Below, piece by piece: positions 43,188 to 52,891 of a stretch of 64,000 nt of DNA. Source of the DNA: Lentisphaeria bacterium (GTDB lineage: Bacteria > Verrucomicrobiota > Lentisphaeria > JABSQK01 > JAWLHB01); assembly GCA_041690595.1 (NCBI GenBank), contig JAWLHB010000021.1:70599-134598 (forward strand), given 5' to 3'. Below the pieces are notes generated by a model, which saw nothing but the letters and a program-made list of their open reading frames with translations, ran no database searches and was not told where the DNA came from. Within the stretch, counting starts at the first letter, position 1, and the number at the start of each line of letters is the position of its first letter. The position numbers were made by a program, and so were the translations under genes.

Positions 43188-45827
43188 TCAGTCTTCGACG
43201 ATGCTCCATGTCCCGGGGGAAGCGCCGAACTCCGCCCGGACGATGCAGAGGCGGAGGAGACCCGCTTGCTCCGCCGGATAGAGGACGGTAGTGAAGACGC
43301 TCCGATCGTAGCGGAGCGCGATGCGGCGCTCCCCATTTCGCCATTGCCACCCGGTAAGCTCGGCGGAAGTCGGCAGCTCCAGTAGAGGGTCGCCATCCAC
43401 GTCGAGCGCAAAAAGCTCGATGTTCGGGCCGGCAACCAGCGGAAAGATGACCGAATGCCCCTCCCACTCAGCGCTTTCGGGACGCTCGGATGTACTGGTG
43501 AAGATGCCATCCGCGATCCGATAGCGGCGGATGAGCGCCGCCGGCATGGTGCGAGGAGCGAGAGCGACGGCAACCTCCCCGGCTCCAGACTGAATCGTCC
43601 CCTGCCACTTGCCGGCAACCGCTTCGCGCCCCTCCTCGAGCCAGATGTCCGCAAACGCGAGTGGGAGCGCGGGCGTGTCGGGATGCTGAATGCGGGTGTC
43701 GCCACAGATAAGCGGGCCGAATCCTTCGTGCCAGAGCGTCGCAAGACCGCTGCCGGAATCACCCACACACCAGGTGTCGCCAGAGAAGAAGACGCCATAC
43801 CACGGGCCTTCGCGCCAAGCAAGATAGCGGTCGCCAAACGTGCGCATCCATGGGCCGGGCTCCTCGCACGCCAGCGGAGGCGGCGATGAAGCGTTCGGCT
43901 GGCGATCGTTGTACTCCAGGCCGCCACTGCTCCAGTACTTGCGCGCATCAAGCGCGGCAGGATATTCGTGGCGCCAGGTGCGCGCCAGTTTGCCAGCCAC
44001 GGCGGCACTGTCGGTCGTGTGGCGATAATCGTCACCATAGCGGCTGAGGAAGGTGGCGCAGGAGGGGATGGCGGCACCTGCCTTGTGGTCGTGCCAGCGA
44101 AATGCGTTGCTGTCGGTACGCGTATTCCATTGCCGTGCCGAGGTGAGACGACCATCCGGCAGCGTTACCGCCAGGTGGCGGAGAAATCCGAAATTGCGTT
44201 CCAGGCTGGCGCGGTAGCGCTCCTCGCCCGTCCGCCGCCACAGGTCGATGAGCAGTTGAGCGCTGTAGGTGTTGTAGGCCCCGTCAAGGCCACCCAACTC
44301 CTGGTAAAACCCGGCCGGCTGCTGCCCATGGTTGTCATAGCGGTACTGGTTGTTCAGAAAGGCCGCCATGACCCTCTCGAACCAGCCTTTCAGAACCCTG
44401 TCGTCAAGGACCTCATTGATGCGCCGGAGGCCGACAAGGATGTTGAGACCCTGGTTGCTGACATACCCGTCGAAGCAGCCGTCACGGCTCATCTGCTCGA
44501 TGAGACCCGCGCGCACCGCCTCTGCCAGCTCATCGGGCATACTGGGCAACAGCTCGGCCACCGTCTTGCCGAGGAGCTTGTGGTGGACAAAATCCTGGGT
44601 CAGCGTCTGCTCTTCTGGAATCATCAGCATGATCTGAAAAAGTGCCGCGTAGGCACGGTTGCGCAGAATGGCATTGCCGGCCCATGGGTTGAGGCCATCC
44701 ATCGAGGCGCAATAGAGCCCTGCCAGACCATGCGCATAGTGGATCTGGTTGTGGGGTGTAGCCCCGTCGGGATTGAGCATGAAAGTGGCGGTGGCGGGAT
44801 CATCGGCAAAGAGGCCGAGGGCAGAGCTGGTGGGGTTGGCGATCTGGTTGTGGCGGAGAAGGCTGATGGCCGTTGCCATCCCGTGATGCCAGCTGGTGAA
44901 GGGGGAAAGGCGCAGAAGCTGCTCCTCGGGCAGCGCCGTCCACTCTGGAACCGGAAGCGAAATATCCGGAAGCGTCAACTCCTCGGCGCTGCGCGTGGCC
45001 AGCCACTCCGCAAGCGGACGCTGCCACTGGTGATCGATGCGGCGATTGCCGACATAGTCATAATCCGGGATGGCCGCCGCTTCCGCACTGGGCCAGAAGA
45101 TGGCGGGAATGCCCACCACGTTGAGCTGCGTCTGCCCACTGCCCGCCAGCTCGAGGCGCCAGATCGCCTGCTGCTGCTCCCCAGAGAGAAGAATGTCGCT
45201 GTACTTCGCTCCATGTGCGTGCTGAGAGATGGAAAGTTGGCTGACTCGCTGCTCCCCGGAAGGCGACGTCAGTACCAGTTGCTGTTGGGCACGGATTGCG
45301 GTCGCCTGCACCGTCCAGTCGGCAACATCCGCCGGCACATGGAGGTACCAGGTACCAGGCGTGTTCAACCCGAGAGTCCCGCCGCCGCAGATGCCGATCT
45401 CGCTGGCCGGTTCGGTGTCCACCCGGCACCCGCCATGATGACCGACCAGAGCGATCCGGTAGCGACCAGGCGGTGCCGAAGAGAGGTCAACCGTTACCTC
45501 GTGGATCTGCGTGTCCGTCTGGCCGATGAGGGCGGCGGCCAGACAGCGGTCGTCAGGACCGAAGACGCGCAGCACCAGATTCGCGGGCTGGCCATCCGTA
45601 AACCGTCCCTGCAGGCCACGCGCGCGGAAGCGCAGGCGAGCGGTCTCGGGCCCCTCCGCCGTGCGCCTGACATAGAAGATCGGCCCCGTAAAGTTGTCCC
45701 GGTTGCCCACATAGCTGTCCCAGACCTGCCACTCCCGAGTCTCCTGATCCGTGGCAGCCACGACCGGCCCCAACTCGACGCCGCCGGTGCTCGCACAGAC
45801 AACCAGCATCAGAAGAAAAACTCTCAC
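43188..45827 (-). CDS. ~879-aa secreted protein, paralogue of the upstream gene; beta-sandwich + helical toroid-like + beta-sandwich layout, function unknown
   Basis: ORF 43188..46100 trimmed to GTG 45827, which forms a GTGA overlap with the upstream stop. N-terminus (M)RVFLLMLVVCASTGG is signal-like. Colinear similarity to 45824..48829 is visible by eye. Confidence 0.6.
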   Translation of the reverse strand: MRVFLLMLVVCASTGGVELGPVVAATDQETREWQVWDSYVGNRDNFTGPIFYVRRTAEGPETARLRFRARGLQGRFTDGQPANLVLRVFGPDDRCLAAALIGQTDTQIHEVTVDLSSAPPGRYRIALVGHHGGCRVDTEPASEIGICGGGTLGLNTPGTWYLHVPADVADWTVQATAIRAQQQLVLTSPSGEQRVSQLSISQHAHGAKYSDILLSGEQQQAIWRLELAGSGQTQLNVVGIPAIFWPSAEAAAIPDYDYVGNRRIDHQWQRPLAEWLATRSAEELTLPDISLPVPEWTALPEEQLLRLSPFTSWHHGMATAISLLRHNQIANPTSSALGLFADDPATATFMLNPDGATPHNQIHYAHGLAGLYCASMDGLNPWAGNAILRNRAYAALFQIMLMIPEEQTLTQDFVHHKLLGKTVAELLPSMPDELAEAVRAGLIEQMSRDGCFDGYVSNQGLNILVGLRRINEVLDDRVLKGWFERVMAAFLNNQYRYDNHGQQPAGFYQELGGLDGAYNTYSAQLLIDLWRRTGEERYRASLERNFGFLRHLAVTLPDGRLTSARQWNTRTDSNAFRWHDHKAGAAIPSCATFLSRYGDDYRHTTDSAAVAGKLARTWRHEYPAALDARKYWSSGGLEYNDRQPNASSPPPLACEEPGPWMRTFGDRYLAWREGPWYGVFFSGDTWCVGDSGSGLATLWHEGFGPLICGDTRIQHPDTPALPLAFADIWLEEGREAVAGKWQGTIQSGAGEVAVALAPRTMPAALIRRYRIADGIFTSTSERPESAEWEGHSVIFPLVAGPNIELFALDVDGDPLLELPTSAELTGWQWRNGERRIALRYDRSVFTTVLYPAEQAGLLRLCIVRAEFGASPGTWSIVED

Positions 45828-48800
45828 CGTGGCACGTGCTCCAGCAACTGATCCCGCGTCAGGCTCTGGCGATGCGGCACGATGCGATACCGCAGTCGCA
45901 CCGTTTGGCCGGCCGCGAGCTGGGCAGGAAGGACAATGTTGAAACCGCCGGTCGCCGCGGCCACGTCCCGGTAGCGGATCGGTTGCGTCTGGGTGGCGTC
46001 GTAAGTCTGATCGAAAACGATCGCTGCCCCAGCTCCCTGAGCGTTGACAATATCGATGGCCTGGAAGCGAACCTTCGGCAGCTCGTGCAGGTCCCCCCAC
46101 ATCTCGCGAGGCGGAGCGTGATTCGAGTTCGCCGGCGTGGTCAGCGCCTCAGGCTTCTCATACGCAATCGCAACGAGATCGTCTCCATGGAGCTTGATTT
46201 CCCGTCCCTGCACATAGACGGGGATGGCCTCGTAAAGCTCCTGCAACTCACATGGACCCGAGGCCCGCAACTCCACCGCTACATCGATGACCTCATCGCC
46301 GAAGCTGACGCGGCGCTCGACCGTCAGGGGGACATAGAGAAACTCGGTTGTGCGCGTCAGAACCCGCGTCTCGCCATCGAGGTGCGTCACCGGATGGTTG
46401 TAAGCTTCGCTGACGATGTGCCCATCCACCCCTTCTTCCCAAATTTCGCAGACCGGCTGAAGCCGACGCCCCCAGATGGCGTTCGTGTACATCACGTTGT
46501 GGTTCTGACAGGACCAGACGATGCCGCAGTCCGGCACCCAGATGCCGGAGATGGCGCCAAGCTTGGATGCCTTATGGCCGAGACCGCCATAGTGCATCCC
46601 CCCATAACCGATCCACTCCATCGTCCCCTCGCCGATACGTGGCTGCGTCCACGCGGTGTACCACGGGGCCGCCGGACCTGTGTGAAGGATCGAGTAGTAG
46701 GAGGGCGTCTTGAGGAAAGCATAACGGTCGTCGATCGTGCGCAGGAAACTGCCCTCTTCGAAGACCGGCCAGGGCTTGGCGTCGTTGCGTTTTCCCGCCC
46801 AGAGGTCCCCATAAACGACTTGGTCGGAAGCGCCTCCCAGACCTGACTTGTGCGTATAATAGCGAGTCCGGAAGTTGGTGTCCGAGGGCGAAACGGTATG
46901 CGCGAACGGATTGGCGGGCCAGATCCCGTCTTTGGGCATCGTCAGGTGTGTCTTGAGCAGGTAATACTCGTTGAGCCAGGCAACGATGCGCGGATTGGGG
47001 AGGATATCGTTCACATGACTCAGGTGGCTGACCGTCTCCAGGCAGTATTCGCCGTCGTGGCCGAACTGCTCCGCCGCGATGCCGCCCCCGATCAGACCCG
47101 AGTCGGCGGCCAAACCACCAAAGCCAACCCCGCTGCGATGGCTCCACGTATCCGCGTCGGGATTCACCCGGCCGAGCACCCCAGGCGTGCAGAAATACTC
47201 CGTCTGACGATCGAGAACATCCTTGATGGTCGCATCGCGTGTGGCCATGTAGATCGTGGCGAGATGCTCCAGCCCTTTCGCCCACTGGTTGGTGCATTCC
47301 CCCTGCTGCGCGGTCAGTCGGCCGAGCGCCCAACAACGCAGGCTCTGCACCCAGGCGGCATTCACCGCTGGCGGCAGCGACCAGCTCAACGCCTCCCGCA
47401 CCGGCCCGAGCACAACCGCAAACTGCGCGTCCTGCAGAGGATACCAGTTCGAGCGCAGCCCGACACTCCATAGCGACTCTACCTGTTCCGGATAGCGCTT
47501 CGGCCCTTCCGAGGCAGCATACCAGAACCAGGCATTCTGCGTCGCGAAACGCTGCGTCGCCAACCACAGCATGATCCGACGCACCAGTATCGGATCCCCA
47601 TGCCACGGATTGTCCGGATGATCGAAGGCCACCAGCCGCGCCAGCACTCCCCCCGCCGGCTCCCAGAACCCCAGCTGCTTATCGAGCGCATCGTTGCCGG
47701 TCTTCTTGAAATCGCCGAAGTTCCCGGCAGCCCGATCCAAGACCTGGGCGTCGAGCAGGGCGGGTACATCGGCAAGCCTGCACTTCACCCGTCCAGGCAC
47801 CGCAAGATCCGGATCAGCAAGCGTCTTGGGCGACTGCAGCTCCTCCGGGTCGAGTGAATACGCCCACGAGAGCAGCTGACGCTGCGCCTCGTGCCAAGTC
47901 GTCCGCCCGTACTCGTCGAGCTGCATGCCGCCCTGCATCGATCGCGCGGTCGCCTCATCGGGACATAGCAGCATCGGCACCCCGAAGACGTGCAGACAGC
48001 CCCCCGGCGAGCCGCCGGTGATCCGCAGACGATAGACTGACGCCGGCTGCGCCGAGCGGATGAAGGCATAGTTGTAGGGTCCTTTCGGTTCCACCACCGC
48101 GACCTCCTTCCCCGTCTCATCTGCCACCGTCGCGTGCCAACTCCATGGCGCCACCTCTTCACTGATGCTCACGCCGATATCCTCTACATTGGCCGGCGCG
48201 TAGAGCCAGGCGTCGGCGAGCTGGTCGCCATGCAGATGGAGAGGCCCGGGTCCAGGATGAATCGCGGCTGCCACGGGGCGGCTGGGCGTCACCGAAATCC
48301 AGTGATCCCACGTGCCCACGATCAGCAGACGGTACAGGCCAGGCCCCACCGGCGGGACCGCCAGCGTGACCGTGCGCGCCGGCAGCGCCCCGGGCGCCTC
48401 CAGATGAGGTGAGCGGCTGCGTCCCGGCGGTATGCCCTCCGGGCTATGATGGCGATGCCAGGCGCGGTAGCGCATGTCTCCATACATGTCCGGTAAGCCA
48501 TCATGGTGCGCCTGATTGCCGTCAACAACACCGTCATCCTCCAGCACCTGGTGCGCCACAATCTCTCCCCGCGGCCCAACGACAGTCATGGAGACGGCGC
48601 GCGGCCCCTGCAGGTAGGTGTTCATGTCGCGCACATCGATGGCCAGCCGGAAGCCTGTCCCGGTCTCATCCTGAAGGTGCCAGAGAAGCGTGTCCCGACA
48701 CCGCCAGAAGCGATCCGGCCCCAGGAAGCGCGCCGAAGGGGTCGTATCTCTCCAGGCGGGAATTTCAGTGCCGCTGATCATGAGGACGAAGGCGAGTTGA

Positions 48801-48829
48801 ACCAGAAGAGGCAGGAAGAAACGAGACAT
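45824..48829 (-). CDS. ~1001-aa secreted protein, paralogue of the downstream gene, function unknown
   Basis: ORF trimmed to ATG 48829, 7 nt after the pseudopilin stop. Signal peptide MSRFFLPLLVQLAFVLMISG. No family recognised. Confidence 0.6.
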   Translation of the reverse strand: MSRFFLPLLVQLAFVLMISGTEIPAWRDTTPSARFLGPDRFWRCRDTLLWHLQDETGTGFRLAIDVRDMNTYLQGPRAVSMTVVGPRGEIVAHQVLEDDGVVDGNQAHHDGLPDMYGDMRYRAWHRHHSPEGIPPGRSRSPHLEAPGALPARTVTLAVPPVGPGLYRLLIVGTWDHWISVTPSRPVAAAIHPGPGPLHLHGDQLADAWLYAPANVEDIGVSISEEVAPWSWHATVADETGKEVAVVEPKGPYNYAFIRSAQPASVYRLRITGGSPGGCLHVFGVPMLLCPDEATARSMQGGMQLDEYGRTTWHEAQRQLLSWAYSLDPEELQSPKTLADPDLAVPGRVKCRLADVPALLDAQVLDRAAGNFGDFKKTGNDALDKQLGFWEPAGGVLARLVAFDHPDNPWHGDPILVRRIMLWLATQRFATQNAWFWYAASEGPKRYPEQVESLWSVGLRSNWYPLQDAQFAVVLGPVREALSWSLPPAVNAAWVQSLRCWALGRLTAQQGECTNQWAKGLEHLATIYMATRDATIKDVLDRQTEYFCTPGVLGRVNPDADTWSHRSGVGFGGLAADSGLIGGGIAAEQFGHDGEYCLETVSHLSHVNDILPNPRIVAWLNEYYLLKTHLTMPKDGIWPANPFAHTVSPSDTNFRTRYYTHKSGLGGASDQVVYGDLWAGKRNDAKPWPVFEEGSFLRTIDDRYAFLKTPSYYSILHTGPAAPWYTAWTQPRIGEGTMEWIGYGGMHYGGLGHKASKLGAISGIWVPDCGIVWSCQNHNVMYTNAIWGRRLQPVCEIWEEGVDGHIVSEAYNHPVTHLDGETRVLTRTTEFLYVPLTVERRVSFGDEVIDVAVELRASGPCELQELYEAIPVYVQGREIKLHGDDLVAIAYEKPEALTTPANSNHAPPREMWGDLHELPKVRFQAIDIVNAQGAGAAIVFDQTYDATQTQPIRYRDVAAATGGFNIVLPAQLAAGQTVRLRYRIVPHRQSLTRDQLLEHVPR

Positions 48830-48836
48830 CGTGGAC

Positions 48837-49535
48837 TCACTGTTTGAATAGGAAGTTGGACCAGGGTGGTTTCGTGGGATTGACATTGCCGAGGATGACG
48901 CTGTTGGCCGCCGCATGACCGTCCCAGTACAGCGTGCTGAGATCCCGGCCGTGGTAACTCATTGCCCAGTCACCGTACGACGATGCGCCATACGATGTGG
49001 GAACTCCGCTGCCGCTCCAGGCTGAAGTTTGCCCTTCGAAGTGAAATATCGTCGCCGAAGGATCCGGCACGGCCGAGGTGCGCGCCGCCCCCATGACCAG
49101 GTCCGAATTGGTGTAGCTGCGGATGAACTGGCGGAGATAGCGGGGATAGCTCGAGGTACCGCCCCAGATGCTCCGCCATTCGTCCTTCGTATCGGGGCAG
49201 AAGTAGATGCTGTACTTCCGGGGTCTGCTGTAAGTCGTGCCCGCTGCTGGCGCGGGAACGCTCATATACGTATAGAACTCTGGAAAGGCCCAGCGGTGCG
49301 GATAGGTGTTAGGTCGGGTGCCCGCCTGTGTCGCATCGAAAGCGAGCGCATCGTTGTCGTCCTCGTAATTGAGTTCCGCGACGAAGATCTGCTTGATATT
49401 GTTCAGGCAACTGGCCTGCCGGGCCAGCGTTCGCGCCCGAGACAACGCCGGAAGCAGCAACGAAGCCAGAACGGCGATGATGGCCACTACGACCAGAAGC
49501 TCAATCAAGGTGAACAACCGGCATGTCGTCTTCAT
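48837..49535 (-). CDS. prepilin-like N-terminal-domain protein of the DUF1559 / H-X9-DG family (pseudopilin-like)
   Basis: [32 protein letters not shown]-terminus. C-terminal [12 protein letters not shown] is H-X9-DG. GAAGGAGAG RBS before ATG 49535. Confidence 0.85.
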   Translation of the reverse strand: MKTTCRLFTLIELLVVVAIIAVLASLLLPALSRARTLARQASCLNNIKQIFVAELNYEDDNDALAFDATQAGTRPNTYPHRWAFPEFYTYMSVPAPAAGTTYSRPRKYSIYFCPDTKDEWRSIWGGTSSYPRYLRQFIRSYTNSDLVMGAARTSAVPDPSATIFHFEGQTSAWSGSGVPTSYGASSYGDWAMSYHGRDLSTLYWDGHAAANSVILGNVNPTKPPWSNFLFKQ

Positions 49536-49555
49536 ACGCTCTCCTTCATGTGCAT

Positions 49556-50641
49556 TCAAACATGGCGCACCGTGGTGCCGGCAGCCAACGACGTTTGGAA
49601 AAGCAGCGTCAGTGGCAACGCATCTGGATCCACCAGGCGGCGCTCGATGAGGTCAGGCACCGCACGGCCGATATCGTACATCGGCAACAGCACCGTCGTC
49701 AACTGGCGACCATCGGCAATCACCGGCGCCTCGAGGCCGTAACCCGCCACGCCAATCTCCTCCGGTACCTTGAAGCCCAGCGCGGTGAGCTGATGCACGA
49801 CACTCTCGGCCGTCGGAGTGGACGGCGTGACGATGGCATCCACTTTGCCGTTGCGCAGAATCATGTCGATCCCCCGCGCAATCGTCTCGTCCAGGCTCTC
49901 CTGGTGCCAATCCCGGTCAAGCAGGTAGACGCGGTTATCGGGGCTGCCGTGGGTCAGGTACGTCCACGCCGCATACCGGGGGCCATGAATGGAAAAATGC
50001 TCACGTTCCCGCGCCGTCAATTGATCGAACAGCACCTCCGGCAGGCTGTCCAGTTGATGCCGGTCGAAAAGCCCCATCCATGCTATGGATTCACAGCCTC
50101 GGCGCTGGAGAAAGGACTGCATCTGAGTTGCCGAGCGCAGTTCATTCGTATAGACCGCGTCGATATCCCCATAAAAATCATGCGAAGACGCATACACCAC
50201 CGGCCCACGCTCCCGAAGGCGCGCGATCCACTTGGCCGGCAGCTGCTCGCGCAGTACGATCCCGTTGCTCTTGTGGTCATTCCACGCCGCCAGGATCTCC
50301 TCCAGCGTCGCACACGGCATCACGTCCAGTTTGCCCGCGTTGATCGCGAGACGGTCGCGAATGCCCCGCGCCACAGCCTGGGCGATAGGCCCATCCAGCG
50401 CCTTCCGCGAAGGCGTCACCACCGGCAGCAACAACTGCAGCGAGTGATCCGACGTCCCCCGGTGCACCGGCTGACCGAAGACTACATCCGGCGAGCCCAG
50501 ATAGCCAAGCTCACGCGCCTTCTCACGCACCTGCCGCCGCGTCGATTCCTTGACACGCCCCACACCACGCAACGCCCGCGACACCGTCATCTTGCTGATG
50601 CCGAGATCCTTCGCGATATCCTGAATAGTCGGATGAGGCAC
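49556..50641 (-). CDS. LacI/GalR-family transcriptional regulator
   Basis: [25 protein letters not shown] followed by a periplasmic-binding-protein-like sugar-binding fold. GTG start with AGGAG 6 nt upstream. Confidence 0.88.
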   Translation of the reverse strand: MPHPTIQDIAKDLGISKMTVSRALRGVGRVKESTRRQVREKARELGYLGSPDVVFGQPVHRGTSDHSLQLLLPVVTPSRKALDGPIAQAVARGIRDRLAINAGKLDVMPCATLEEILAAWNDHKSNGIVLREQLPAKWIARLRERGPVVYASSHDFYGDIDAVYTNELRSATQMQSFLQRRGCESIAWMGLFDRHQLDSLPEVLFDQLTAREREHFSIHGPRYAAWTYLTHGSPDNRVYLLDRDWHQESLDETIARGIDMILRNGKVDAIVTPSTPTAESVVHQLTALGFKVPEEIGVAGYGLEAPVIADGRQLTTVLLPMYDIGRAVPDLIERRLVDPDALPLTLLFQTSLAAGTTVRHV

Positions 50642-50669
50642 GATAGCTCCTGTTGCTTCACGTCATAAT

Positions 50670-50680
50670 GATACTGTATC
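50670..50680. promoter_or_regulatory. palindrome GATAC-T-GTATC in the lacI-type gene upstream region (candidate operator)
   Basis: Read directly. It lies 29 nt upstream of the GTG start and overlaps an AT-rich -10-like stretch on the minus strand. Confidence 0.25.
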
Positions 50681-50792
50681 GCAACCCCCGATGCAAGATC
50701 ACTTCCACAAGATTTTCCTGAACCGCCTGTCACTACACCACCGCCCACTGTGTCCACTGCGTCGCAATGTGGCACCCACCCCGCTTGCCGCG

Positions 50793-52619
50793 TCAAAGAC
50801 CGGGCACCACTGGGGGAACGGGGGGATAGAGCTGGTTGTACTCATGCCAGTGGTCGAGCATGATCTCCGCTTTGCGCCGGAGCTGGGCCGGCAATTCGGG
50901 TGAAAAGGTCAAACTGTCTTCGCCGGACGGGTTTGCTGCCATGGCAATCACGGGAGCCTCCGCCTCTTCAATGAGCGTGGCCAACTCCAGAACGTTGTCC
51001 ACCTCCGCCCGCGCCAACAGGCGCAGCTCATAGCTGGCCCGGTTGATGGCCCCGGTCGCATACTGGTCGCGGTACCACACTTCCTCTTCCAGCGGACCGC
51101 GACTGCTTCGGACGTACTCGTATTCGATGAAGTTCCGACTCGTCCGCAGGCAGCCCTCGAGGACGCGCAGCCGTCGTACCAGGAGCCGCAACTCCTCCGC
51201 GGCGTGGCCGTCGTCGGCAAGTCGAGTCGCGGCCCCGGCGGCCTGACGGATCAGGTTGATCGCAGTCGAGAGGGTGAGGCGGGCAAAGTCGGCCCCGGAT
51301 CTGCCGGTGATGCCGGTCACGCCCAGGCAGCAGGAGTAGTCGAGAGCCTCCGCCTCGTTGCGGGCAACCCGTCCGCGCTCGAAGTTGGACCGCTCCGTTG
51401 CTGTCATCCGCGTCGGTTCCGGTACCAGGGGCATGGTCAGCCAACGCATCATGAGAGGACCGACCAGCGTCAGGCTGGCGCCACGCAGGCAATGACGGAT
51501 CGTGCCGATTGCCTCCTCGATCTGCTCCCACACCTGGAGGAGCGCCTCGGCCCGGTCGTTGCCCACTCTGGCGGCGGCAATCCCGTGCAGGAGGGCGAGG
51601 CGCGATGCCGGCCCCGTCGAGGGCGAAGCACGGAAGGCCTCATGAATGTCGATCAGCAGGTCTGCACAGGCGCCGAAGCTGACCTTCAGCCGCGGCGTGC
51701 TGCTGGCGGCTGCCTGCTCCAGCTCGCGCAGAAAGGCAACCGGACGGGGAATACCCAGCACCGGAAAGACGCCACTGGGGAACCACCCATTGCTGCCGCT
51801 GCCAGCAGCAAAACCGGAACCGTCGGCTCCCTTGCCATCGATGTACTGGCGGTCGGCCAGACGCATCCAGTAGTAATGGTCGTTGTCGAGGTAGAGGCGC
51901 GAGTTATCCAGCGTCACCGTCAGGTCGGTGCCCGCCTCGCGCGCGGCCTTCTGGAAGAGGGTGAGAAAGGCGCGGAAGCGGTCGATGAGGGGCACGGCAG
52001 CGACCGCTGTGGGCCCATTCTCCCCAGGATAAGTGTGCGACCATTCGAAGCCACAGGACGAGTCGTTGGTGAAGATTGCCAGGATATCCAGCTCCGGCAA
52101 TCGCCGGCAGAGTTCAGTGGTGGCCGCCCGATACAGGTCGCGAACCCGCGGATTCTCGGTCGAGGGACTGAAGTAGGGCAGTCGCGCCAGCGGCATGCAT
52201 TCCACTTGTGCGCCACGCCAGTCGGGATGCGCACGGAAGACGGCCTCGGGAAGCCACATGGGTTCGTGCACGTCAAGGTAGGCCCGCAATCCCAGCTCGC
52301 GCAGGATGGCGCAACGCTCCTCCAGGAGGGCCAGGTTGGTCTCCGCCTCCTGGCGAGGCAGCCACGGCGCAAGCTCCTCCGGCAACACCAGCTTGAAGAT
52401 TCCGGCATTGCGGCGCGACCAGACCGGCCAGGAGTCCCATTGCGGATGCGGATCCCGTTCATCCGCCTTCTGCCAGTCACTGGCGGGAATCTGGCCGATG
52501 GTGACATGGCTGGCGCCAGCCGCTTTTGCCCGTACGCAGAAGTGGCGGAAGCGAGCTGCATCCGAGCATTGATCGGGTATCTCGTTCGCGTCCCAGATGA
52601 TGATGGTCTTGGCTTGCAT
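50793..52619 (-). CDS. hypothetical cytoplasmic 608-aa protein (N-terminal TIM-barrel-like region, helical C-terminal half), unknown function
   Basis: Long ORF with ATG 52619 preceded by AGAGGTG. No signal peptide. No family recognised. Confidence 0.55.
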   Translation of the reverse strand: MQAKTIIIWDANEIPDQCSDAARFRHFCVRAKAAGASHVTIGQIPASDWQKADERDPHPQWDSWPVWSRRNAGIFKLVLPEELAPWLPRQEAETNLALLEERCAILRELGLRAYLDVHEPMWLPEAVFRAHPDWRGAQVECMPLARLPYFSPSTENPRVRDLYRAATTELCRRLPELDILAIFTNDSSCGFEWSHTYPGENGPTAVAAVPLIDRFRAFLTLFQKAAREAGTDLTVTLDNSRLYLDNDHYYWMRLADRQYIDGKGADGSGFAAGSGSNGWFPSGVFPVLGIPRPVAFLRELEQAAASSTPRLKVSFGACADLLIDIHEAFRASPSTGPASRLALLHGIAAARVGNDRAEALLQVWEQIEEAIGTIRHCLRGASLTLVGPLMMRWLTMPLVPEPTRMTATERSNFERGRVARNEAEALDYSCCLGVTGITGRSGADFARLTLSTAINLIRQAAGAATRLADDGHAAEELRLLVRRLRVLEGCLRTSRNFIEYEYVRSSRGPLEEEVWYRDQYATGAINRASYELRLLARAEVDNVLELATLIEEAEAPVIAMAANPSGEDSLTFSPELPAQLRRKAEIMLDHWHEYNQLYPPVPPVVPGL

Positions 52620-52891
52620 GCGGCACCTCTGACTTCTGTGGCAATTTCACGACGTGTGCGTGGCGGATTACAACCCCCTCAGCATAGCGCTCCGTTCGCC
52701 CACTGCAACCCCACCCCACAATCCAAACCCGCCCGATCCGAATTGTATCCTCTCGTGTCCATTCGTGGCTCCTCTTGCAGCTTCGATCCTTCATCCTTGT
52801 GTTATGCTTGCTTACTCACCTTCTTGCGGTATGCTTGAACTGAAACGAATAGCCTCCGCACTTCAACGTCAATCTATTGAGGATACTTCGC

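Noticed and set aside
43968-45851. 627-aa ORF antisense to the 879-aa secreted protein (likewise 45836..46846, 46572..47606 and 46850..47473 around the 1001-aa gene)
   Set aside because: The chosen minus-strand frames form one continuous operon with signal peptides, tight spacing and mutual paralogy. The alternatives are low-complexity shadow ORFs.
45828-46100. N-terminal extensions given by the ORF track (also 4025..4333, 13166..13237, 17130..17453, 28339..28464, 33181..33228, 48830..48916, 58198..58284)
   Set aside because: They overlap the upstream gene or promoter region. They precede an internal start that has an RBS and gives a family-typical N-terminus or signal peptide.
52766-52779. 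sigma54-like TGGCTCCTCTTGCA upstream of the orphan secreted-protein gene (also TGGCTG..TTGAA near 33300 and TGGCATGAGCTTTTCT near 5569)
   Set aside because: GG and GC are only 8 nt apart instead of 10 at 52766. The other two lack the -12 GC.
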